Assembly: GCA_964466185.1 (NCBI GenBank)
Contig: CAYXMS010000004.1
Span: 15,186-73,102 of the forward strand
Direction: 5' to 3'
Source: an uncultured bacterium
GTDB taxonomy: Bacteria > Chlamydiota > Chlamydiia > Chlamydiales > SM23-39
DNA: 57,917 nucleotides
In this document: positions 28,516 through 35,699 of the stretch, piece after piece
Numbering within the stretch: position 1 is the stretch's first letter
How the letters are laid out: every line of letters starts with the position of its first letter
The notes under the pieces: generated by a model
Database searches by the model: none
The model's input: the letters and a program-made list of their open reading frames with translations, nothing else
Told to the model about the DNA's origin: nothing
Made by a program: the position numbers and the translations under genes

Positions 28516-29241
28516 TTATAATCTAAAATCTTCACCTAAATAATGCTTGCGCGCAGCTTGGTTTTTGATAAGATTGTCTACTGTTCCCGATAAAAGAACA
28601 CTGCCTTCTTGCATTAAATAACTGCGGTCGACAATAGAAAAAATTTCTCGGGCATTGTGATCGGTAATTAAAACACTGATTTTTTTGCGTTTTAAATGAC
28701 AGATTAAATGTTTCACATCCTGCACGGCCAGCGGATCAATATTGGCAAAAGGCTCGTCTAAAAGTAAAAGAGTAGGATCAGAGGCCAGGGCTCTGGTAAT
28801 TTCTAGTCTTCTCCTTTCTCCTCCGGAAAGAGATGCCGCTTTTTGCTTTTTAAGAGGCTCTAAATGCAGCTCCTGTAAAAGTAGAGTAAGTCGCTTTTGC
28901 TTTTCTTTTTCAGTTAAAGATAGATTTTCTAAAATGCATAAAATATTCTCTTCTACGTTTAAAGCCCTAAAAACCGAAGACTCCTGCGCTAAATAGCCCA
29001 TCCCTAGATTGGCCCGTTTGTGAATGGGCAGGCCAGATACGTTTTTGCCTTTAAAAAAAACCTCTCCACTATCAGGCTTGATAAGCCCTATAGCCATATA
29101 AAAAGCTGTAGTCTTTCCAGCGCCATTAGGCCCCAAAAGCCCGACAACTTCGCCAGGATCAATAGAAAATGACAGATTTTTTACTACGGCTTTGCTGCCA
29201 TATTTTTTGATCAGGTTTTTAACTTCTAAAAGCGGCTGCAT
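28516..29241 (-). CDS. lptB: LPS export ABC transporter ATP-binding protein LptB
   Basis: 241 aa with Walker A GPNGAGKTT, signature LSGGERRRLEI and Walker B LLLLDEP. It is the last gene of a kdsA-lptC-lptA-like operon. Confidence 0.88.
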   Translation of the reverse strand: MQPLLEVKNLIKKYGSKAVVKNLSFSIDPGEVVGLLGPNGAGKTTAFYMAIGLIKPDSGEVFFKGKNVSGLPIHKRANLGMGYLAQESSVFRALNVEENILCILENLSLTEKEKQKRLTLLLQELHLEPLKKQKAASLSGGERRRLEITRALASDPTLLLLDEPFANIDPLAVQDVKHLICHLKRKKISVLITDHNAREIFSIVDRSYLMQEGSVLLSGTVDNLIKNQAARKHYLGEDFRL

Positions 29242-29309
29242 GGTTTATAATCAAAAATTGTTTGTTAAGAGTAAATTATAACCAGTTTTAGTGAATATCT
29301 GCATTAAAT

Positions 29310-30590
29310 TTACTTTTCTAAAAGATATTTGTGCAAAGTATTTTCAAATAGTTTTTCTTCATCTTTTTTTAAAGATAAACGGACGTTGCCAAAACCTTTG
29401 ACCGCGTTTTTACCGCTTTTTTGAATTTGAATCTTGTTGGCTGATAAAGATAGAGCACTGGACTCTTCCCAAAAGATAACTTTGTTTTTGGGAAAACTTT
29501 CCAAAGTTAGCGTTTTGCTCATCAAATCAAAACGTAAACGGTCGGCCAGCCCCAGATTGTTTTTGTTTTTAAACTTGGACGAGAAAAAATGGACTTCTTT
29601 TTCCAAAACAATATTTTCTATGTCAGATAAATTTTTAATGTCCTTGAATTTTAAAAAAGCCTTTTTAGCAACAATAAGAGTGTCTTTTTCTTTGTAAAAA
29701 ATGCCTTTTTCAGCCGTGAAAATGATTTTTTGTACCAGATCAATAGTAATAGGCCCTAAAGAGGTGAATATGGCTAAAGCTGGAGTTTTAAAAAATACTT
29801 TGGCATTGTCAGATGTGGTGATTTTAGCAATTTTTTTGTTGTTATAGTCTAATTCCAAAGCATCACAAATTAGCTCAGCCCCTCCCGTATGGGTAATCTT
29901 TACCCCATCTTGCAGCAGGATCTTTTTACCCTGGTTCAAAACTGTTAGTTTGCCGGATGATAAATTAATGGATTCATTGGCTTTTAACGGAATATTTTTA
30001 ATCTCTCCCTGTACGCTTTCTAAAAATAAAGACCCCTTTTTCAAATCAAAAAAAATCTTTTTGGAAAGAATGGTTTTGTCAGAACTGTGGAATCGGCAGC
30101 TATTTTTATCTGCTATTAAAATAAGTCTGTTTTTGTCATATTCGGCTTTGTCAGCGGTAATAATAAATTTTTCTGCAATCTTGAGCTCAACTTCATCCTG
30201 AAAAATAATTACATCTTTTAAAGCTTTGGTTAAAATCGGTCTTTGCTTTTTGAAAAAAGCTCTTTTGGCACTTAAAGAAAAAGGAGGAACAGAACCCGAA
30301 AAAGAAGTTTCTAAAAAAACCTTGCGATTTAAAGATGTAAAATTGATGTCCTGATTTTCTAAATTAAGTAATGCCTGCTCGCTTTTTAAAATTTTATCAT
30401 TGTTTAGCTGGATTTCTAGGTTTTTTAAAAAAATCGTTTTTAAGGATTTTTTAATAAATGGAAAATTTTCAGTTTTAACATGTTCGGCAGAAAGATGCCC
30501 CAGCCGGTGTTCAAAAAGAAACTGTTTTTCAGCTTTTAAAAAAACTGCTTGAAAAATCAAAAATATAATTAAAAGATAAGTTTGGTTCAC
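29310..30590 (-). CDS. Periplasmic protein in the LptA/OstA position (enlarged, 426 aa)
   Basis: N-terminal signal-like segment MNQTYLLIIFLIFQAVFLKA. Its start overlaps the stop of the upstream lptC-like gene by 4 nt. The assignment is by operon position only. Confidence 0.4.
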   Translation of the reverse strand: MNQTYLLIIFLIFQAVFLKAEKQFLFEHRLGHLSAEHVKTENFPFIKKSLKTIFLKNLEIQLNNDKILKSEQALLNLENQDINFTSLNRKVFLETSFSGSVPPFSLSAKRAFFKKQRPILTKALKDVIIFQDEVELKIAEKFIITADKAEYDKNRLILIADKNSCRFHSSDKTILSKKIFFDLKKGSLFLESVQGEIKNIPLKANESINLSSGKLTVLNQGKKILLQDGVKITHTGGAELICDALELDYNNKKIAKITTSDNAKVFFKTPALAIFTSLGPITIDLVQKIIFTAEKGIFYKEKDTLIVAKKAFLKFKDIKNLSDIENIVLEKEVHFFSSKFKNKNNLGLADRLRFDLMSKTLTLESFPKNKVIFWEESSALSLSANKIQIQKSGKNAVKGFGNVRLSLKKDEEKLFENTLHKYLLEK

Positions 30591-31195
30591 TGAATCTCCT
30601 GGGATGTATCAAAGCAGGCTTTAAAATGATAGGCCTTAAAATGGCTCTTTTTATCCGATAAAGTAAAAAATACCTGGTTGGCTACGCCTTTTAAATAAGG
30701 GGAGAAAGCGGTTAGATTCTTAGGCAGATCAATACCTTCTAAATCATAAAAATATAAATTGATCATATCCGATGAAAACTGATGCGAGGGAAATAAATAA
30801 GTTCCTTTTTGGGCATTGAAATATTTGAGTTTTTGCTCCCATTTTTTAGTTAAAGGATTAAAAACAATTTTTTCCTGTGCCAGACAATGAATGTTTTTTA
30901 AATCCTCCACAACTTCTAAATGTCCGTTTTTGTTTTTTAAAGATAAAAAAGAATCAGTGCTGAAAATAGAAAAATGCAGCCGGCTTTCATTTTCTAAATA
31001 CCAAATGTCTTTTTGCACGTTAATGCGCTTTTGATAGACCGGTTCTTTTTTTGAAAAATTTGTTTTCATTTGCCTTTGGCTCAGATTCTGGTATTTTAAA
31101 AGATCCTGCTCGTCAATTTTAAAAAGCCGTATTAGATTGAGAATCGAAAAACTAAATAAAAAAATTAAAAAACTGTAAAAAATGTGTTTCTTCAT
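30587..31195 (-). CDS. Membrane-anchored protein in the LptC position
   Basis: 202 aa with a single N-terminal TM segment (IFYSFLIFLFSFSILNLI), lying between kdsA and the lptA-like gene. The assignment is by position and topology. Confidence 0.4.
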   Translation of the reverse strand: MKKHIFYSFLIFLFSFSILNLIRLFKIDEQDLLKYQNLSQRQMKTNFSKKEPVYQKRINVQKDIWYLENESRLHFSIFSTDSFLSLKNKNGHLEVVEDLKNIHCLAQEKIVFNPLTKKWEQKLKYFNAQKGTYLFPSHQFSSDMINLYFYDLEGIDLPKNLTAFSPYLKGVANQVFFTLSDKKSHFKAYHFKACFDTSQEIQ

Positions 31196-31231
31196 TTTTT
31201 GATTTTTTTTTTATTGTTTTTCTAAAAATTT

Positions 31232-32116
31232 CTAAAAACTGTTAATTAATGTATACAACTTTTTAATTTGCGTTAATAGCTTTTCTAATTCATGGAAAGA
31301 AATTTGGGAAGCAGCGTCGCTCAGCGCTTTGTCCGGGGTCGCATGGGCTTCTAAAAATAGTAAATTAGCACCGGCTGCAATCGCTGCTTTGGCTAAAAGC
31401 CCAATAAATTCTCTTTGTCCACCAGAGATATGACCCTGCCCTCCCGGTAATTGCACCGAATGGGTAGCATCAAAACAAACCGGATAGCCTAAACTCTGCA
31501 TTAGAAAAATGGAACGCATATCAGATACCAAATTGTTATAGCCAAAAAAAGTACCGCGGTCGGTTAGGATAATTTGCCGGTTGTCAAAATGAGCCGCTTT
31601 ATCAATTGCATGCTGCATATCTAAAGGCGCCATAAATTGGCCTTTTTTAATGTTAACTGCTTTTTTAGTTTTGGCAGCAGCAGCAATTAAATCAGTTTGC
31701 CTGCAGAGAAAAGCAGGTATCTGTAAAATATCAGCCACCTCCGCAACAATAGGAGCCTGCTCAGGAATATGAATGTCCGTTACAATCGGTAGGTCAAATT
31801 CCCGTTTGATCTTAGCTAAAATCTTTAGACCTGTTTTCAGACCAGGACCCCGATATGAGGTTAAAGCAGAACGGTTGGCTTTGTCAAAACTGGACTTGTA
31901 AATAAAATTGATCTTTTGATCTGAAAATAGCTTTTTTAAAGTCTCCGCTGCCTGAAGTGCTGCTTTTTCACTTTCAATAACACAAGGGCCCGCCATCACA
32001 GCCAGGCTTTGGTTTTTCCCCACATAAAAATCTTTAATTTTTACTTTTTGCTGAATTTTGTCAGATTTGTTAACTTTATTATCTTGGATCATGAAAAATG
32101 ATAGCATGGAAACCAA
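31232..32116 (-). CDS. kdsA: 3-deoxy-8-phosphooctulonate synthase KdsA
   Basis: MAGPCVIES, DVHE-like region (VTDIH), KKGQFMAP and CFDATHSVQLPGG motifs. The true start may be an internal Met (32107 or 32092). Confidence 0.93.
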   Translation of the reverse strand: MVSMLSFFMIQDNKVNKSDKIQQKVKIKDFYVGKNQSLAVMAGPCVIESEKAALQAAETLKKLFSDQKINFIYKSSFDKANRSALTSYRGPGLKTGLKILAKIKREFDLPIVTDIHIPEQAPIVAEVADILQIPAFLCRQTDLIAAAAKTKKAVNIKKGQFMAPLDMQHAIDKAAHFDNRQIILTDRGTFFGYNNLVSDMRSIFLMQSLGYPVCFDATHSVQLPGGQGHISGGQREFIGLLAKAAIAAGANLLFLEAHATPDKALSDAASQISFHELEKLLTQIKKLYTLINSF

Positions 32117-32192
32117 CTTCTTTAGATGTTGGTAAAAATGCTGCCCCTCCGTTCGGTTAAAAATGTTTTTGCGGTTTGTATGGCATTAGAGC

Positions 32193-32438
32193 CTAGCCTT
32201 GTTGGTTTAGGACATAAATAACAGATACACTCGTGTTCTGCTTCGCTTGTCCTGTAGCGCTTAGAGTCGCATCGGGATTGTTGAAAAAGATTTTTAAATC
32301 AGCCATACCAACTCTTGCTCTTAAGTCTTTTAATGGCTGATCATAGTTAAGCCACTGGCTTTTGCTGCAAACTTGCGAATAACCACTGGCTGAAATATTC
32401 GTAGGTGTGTATGTATTTCTCTTAACCAACTTCTGCAT
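32193..32438 (-). CDS. Hypothetical 81-aa protein
   Basis: ORF with AAGGAAA 4 nt upstream of the ATG and no recognisable motif. Its start codon and leader are homologous to repeat family A (see findings), so coding status is uncertain. Confidence 0.35.
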   Translation of the reverse strand: MQKLVKRNTYTPTNISASGYSQVCSKSQWLNYDQPLKDLRARVGMADLKIFFNNPDATLSATGQAKQNTSVSVIYVLNQQG

Positions 32439-32697
32439 AAGTTTCCTTAAGCTTCTTTGTTAATCAGGGCTATTGATATGGCTTCTCTTCAAAAGTTTTT
32501 TCAGTTTTTAATTGCTAGATTAAACTAATCCCGTAGCTTAGCAGAAGTTTTAGTAAAATTTAAAAAAAATTCCGCTTTTGCCTTTTTTTTCTTTTAGACG
32601 CTTTTCTAAATCAAATAAATATGTTATCTTAACAGATAACTGCTTTTTAAAAATCAGGTTTTTAATATTTGTGCTGTTTCAGCAGTTTTTAAAAATT

Positions 32698-32770
32698 GGA
32701 TTGGTAGCTCAGTGGATAGAGCTCCCGCCTTCTAAGCGGGTGGTCACAGGTTCGAATCCTGTCCAATCCG
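32698..32770 (+). tRNA. tRNA-Arg (TCT)
   Basis: GGATTGGTAGCTCAGTGGATAGAGC...CCCGC-CTTCTAA-GCGGG...GGTTCGAATCC...CCAATCC-G. The cloverleaf was folded by hand. Confidence 0.9.
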
Positions 32771-32868
32771 TTAAAATAAAGAAAGATTTAGGATAATTCT
32801 CGTGAATCCTTAGTAATTTATTGCCGAAAGGATGTTGCTAAAAATGCTTAGAGGCTGTTTTTAAAAAA

Positions 32869-32907
32869 CAAAAGGCAAACCTTGTAAGGTTTGCCTTTTG
32901 CTTTTAA
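32869..32907. terminator. Intrinsic terminator hairpin (13-bp stem)
   Basis: CAAAAGGCAAACC (32869-32881) pairs with GGTTTGCCTTTTG (32888-32900) around a 6-nt loop. A-run before and T-rich tract after. It lies downstream of tRNA-Arg. Confidence 0.7.
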
Positions 32908-32942
32908 GTCTTGTTTTAGACTTTATTTCTATTTCTTCTCAA

Positions 32943-33043
32943 TTTTTATTGACTTCTGCATAAAGTTTCCCTTTTGCTCTTTATCAACCAGTTTCCCTTG
33001 TGCCTCACAACTCAAGCCTCTCCCTTTAGAAAGGGGTGATTGA
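32943..33043. repeat. Dispersed repeat family A, copy A2
   Basis: See copy A1 (19023-19123). Same orientation. It lies between the tRNA-Arg terminator and the 3' end of the KH-domain gene. Confidence 0.75.
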
Positions 33044-33092
33044 TTAATTTTTTAAAAACCAAAATATCTGGTCTTTTAAAAAGGGAAGTAAT

Positions 33093-33338
33093 TTAGCTTG
33101 ATTTGCCTTCTTCAATAATTTCTAAATTGACTCTAATGCCGTTGCGGCTGGCTACTGACATTAAAAGAGTGCGGATGGCATTGATGGTTTTGCCTTTTTT
33201 GCCAATTATTTTGCCGATGTCTGACTTCTCCACAGCCAGTTCTATAATTAGGGTATGCGTACCTCCAATTTCGTTAATACGCACTTGGTCTGGGTTATCT
33301 ACTAGGTTTTTCACAATGTATTCTACAAATTCTTTCAT
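33093..33338 (-). CDS. KH-domain RNA-binding protein (YlqC/UPF0109-like)
   Basis: 81 aa. MKEFVEYIVKNLVDNPDQVRI... and GKIIGKKGKTINAIRTLL (GxxG KH motif). Confidence 0.85.
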   Translation of the reverse strand: MKEFVEYIVKNLVDNPDQVRINEIGGTHTLIIELAVEKSDIGKIIGKKGKTINAIRTLLMSVASRNGIRVNLEIIEEGKSS

Positions 33339-33481
33339 GGTGCGATCCTTATCTTTAGGTTGAATTGAAAATTTTTAAGGCCTTAAGCTTGATAAGGTTT
33401 TTTCCGCCTTAAAGAAGGTCTTGCAACCTTAAAAAACTTTTAACCTTGGTTTGTGATTATATATAAAAGCTGATAATTAAT

Positions 33482-34405
33482 CTAGAAATTTACACTTCTG
33501 GTAATTTGATAAATAAAATTTTTAATGTCTTCCGGAGGAGGCGCTGTAAATTCTAAAAAAGTTTTAAAAATAGGGTGCAAAAGCCCTAATTTATAAGCAT
33601 GTAAAAAAGGTCGGCCAGCTCGGTAAAGATGATTGGTTTTAGTAAATCCATAAACACTGTCTCCTAAAATCGGCGTGTTTAAAAACCTTAAATGCACTCT
33701 GATCTGGTGGGTTCTGCCAGTTTTTAAAATGGCAGATACCAGACTCAGGCCATCTTTAAAAGCCAAAAATTGAAAATCTGTCCTGGCCTTTTTCCCATCT
33801 GTTCTGACAGCCATTTTTTTGCGGTTTTTAATAGCTCTGCCAATCGGCTCTTCAACGGTTTGTGATAAAGTCTTGCCTACAGTTACGGCTAAGTATTCTT
33901 TATAAATTTCTCTTTTAGCAAACTGAGCACTTAGATTCGTATGGGCCTGTTCCGTTTTGGCTGTAATCAAAACTCCGGAAGTTTCCTTGTCAAGCCTATG
34001 GACAATGCCGGGCCTGTATTCTTCTTTTTTGGGTAGCTTGATGTTTTGACAGTGATATAAAAGACCATTCGCCAGAGTATGTTCCCAATTGCCTGCCGCC
34101 GGATGTACTACCATGCTCGCCGGTTTGTTAATAACAATTATATGCTCGTCTTCAAATAAGATATTAAGATCTATTTTTTCAGTTTTTAAAGCAGGTAGGG
34201 CTTTTTGCAGAAAAAAAATATCCAGCCGATCGCCAATTTCTGCTTTGGAGCTTTTTTTGGCTTTTTTCCCATTCAGCAGAATTTTTCCTTTTTCCATCAG
34301 ATCTTGAAAATAATTGCGGGATTTTTGAAAACGCTCAGATAAAAGCTTGTCTAACCGTTTGTTTTTTTCTTCTGCTGAAATCTGAATTGTTTGCTGTTCT
34401 GTCAT
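33482..34405 (-). CDS. rluD: RluA-family 23S rRNA pseudouridine synthase (RluD-like)
   Basis: 307 aa with an N-terminal S4-like domain (RLDKLLSE...), the catalytic HRLDKETSGVLI, and GRTHQIRVHL. Confidence 0.9.
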   Translation of the reverse strand: MTEQQTIQISAEEKNKRLDKLLSERFQKSRNYFQDLMEKGKILLNGKKAKKSSKAEIGDRLDIFFLQKALPALKTEKIDLNILFEDEHIIVINKPASMVVHPAAGNWEHTLANGLLYHCQNIKLPKKEEYRPGIVHRLDKETSGVLITAKTEQAHTNLSAQFAKREIYKEYLAVTVGKTLSQTVEEPIGRAIKNRKKMAVRTDGKKARTDFQFLAFKDGLSLVSAILKTGRTHQIRVHLRFLNTPILGDSVYGFTKTNHLYRAGRPFLHAYKLGLLHPIFKTFLEFTAPPPEDIKNFIYQITRSVNF

Positions 34406-34700
34406 TTATTATAAAAATTAAATTAATAATTTAACTATTTTTTTTAAAAAAAATATACATATATAAAACTATAAATATAAATCTATTAATTAAAAATACA
34501 AAAAAGATTTTATCAAATTTTAAAGGTTTGTAAAAGTAAAAAAAAATAAATTTTTATTTCAGTTTTAAAAAATTTCGTTTTAAAAAATAATTATATAACT
34601 TAATTATATAACTTAATTAAATATTTAAAATTAATCTTTTAAATGCTTGTAAAGAATATATTTAATAATTTGAAGATTTGAGAAATCACAATTTGAGAAA

Positions 34701-34994
34701 TCAAGACTTTTGAGAACGCATCTCTTCTCTAAAAAATTCTTTGCGCTTTTCCCTGCTTTTTTTGAAAATGTTTTTAAGATAATTATAGGCGCCCATTTGC
34801 ATCTGATAAATCAAACCGTCTATCTTTTTTAAATCTTCAGGTGTTGGGTTTTCAATGCCAAAATAGGTAATCATCATGTTCCTAGTTGATTCAGGAGCTT
34901 TAGGAAAGTTAGGTAACGTTTGCTCTTCGGAAGTGGTTTGTGAAGTGGGTTCTTGAGAAGAACTGCCGGTAATGCCTTCAGCGCCAGTAGTCAT
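34701..34994 (-). CDS. Hypothetical 97-aa protein (S/T-rich N-terminus, basic C-terminus)
   Basis: An ORF isolated between two long AT-rich spacers, with no recognisable motif. Confidence 0.4.
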   Translation of the reverse strand: MTTGAEGITGSSSQEPTSQTTSEEQTLPNFPKAPESTRNMMITYFGIENPTPEDLKKIDGLIYQMQMGAYNYLKNIFKKSREKRKEFFREEMRSQKS

Positions 34995-35144
34995 TATGTG
35001 ACCTTTGTTTTTCTTATAACTTAGCAGAAAAGGGTTTGATTGGCAAAAAATATTCGAAAAATAAAGGAGAATAGAGAAAAAATTCTGATCTATTACCTAT
35101 GGGCTAAAGGCAGGGGGAGAATGTCAACTTTTATCATTAATACA

Positions 35145-35439
35145 CCGTAAAACTCAGCTCTTTAGGATTGGGATACAAAGTGCAAAATATTTTTTCCATT
35201 AAAAATTAACAAAAGTTAAATTTTTAACTTCAGAATCTTATTAAGGATTGGTGGTACATCCACTGGGTGAGTATAAAGCCTTTGCTAGCCTTAAGCTAGT
35301 ATAAATGCAGACGCCTCTATCACGGCTAGAAAGTGTTAAAAAAATAAGGCCTCCGGTGCGTCGGTAAGCCTGGCGAGCTGCCGGGGTTGCTCGGAGCTGG
35401 GAATTAGGAATCCCTCGCCTTTAGGCGAGGGAGATTCAA
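35145..35439. repeat. Dispersed repeat family B, copy B1 (left block 35145-35188, right block 35352-35439)
   Basis: The left block matches 50082-50125. The right block matches 50310-50410 and, inverted, 57863-57917. The right block contains a perfect 9-bp-stem hairpin TCCCTCGCC-TTTA-GGCGAGGGA. Confidence 0.75.
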
Positions 35440-35699
35440 ATGATAGGCTAAAAAAGTATTATAAAGATACCTTGTTTTTCTATGTTTTAATTGAGAAAAT
35501 GTTGGGAATTTGCAAGTTTTATGTTTAAAAATCATCAAAAAAATACATTTTTAAATTGTTGTTTGAGAGGTTGTTTTTGAAATTTTTTAAAAATTAATCT
35601 TGAAATTTGAAAAGAATTAAAAAATAAGCTTTCTACAGTCTTTTAGATTTAAGTTGGTTCATTTGATATTATTACTGACTGATTAAAATCGGGGAGCGC

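Noticed and set aside
32578-32796. 72-aa ORF on the plus strand
   Set aside because: It reads straight through tRNA-Arg(TCT) (32698-32770), so the tRNA explains the sequence.
35412-35433. Family A and B hairpins as rho-independent terminators
   Set aside because: The perfect 9-bp hairpin (TCCCTCGCC-TTTA-GGCGAGGGA) is not followed by a T-tract on either strand. Copies also occur in both orientations and upstream of genes, so a simple terminator role does not fit.
35250-35440. GC-rich island in an AT-rich spacer as a housekeeping RNA gene (SRP RNA, 6S, RNase P, tmRNA)
   Set aside because: None of the conserved signature sequences I know for these RNAs is present, and the right half is a dispersed repeat (family B). 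A novel sRNA is not excluded and is covered under the repeat finding.
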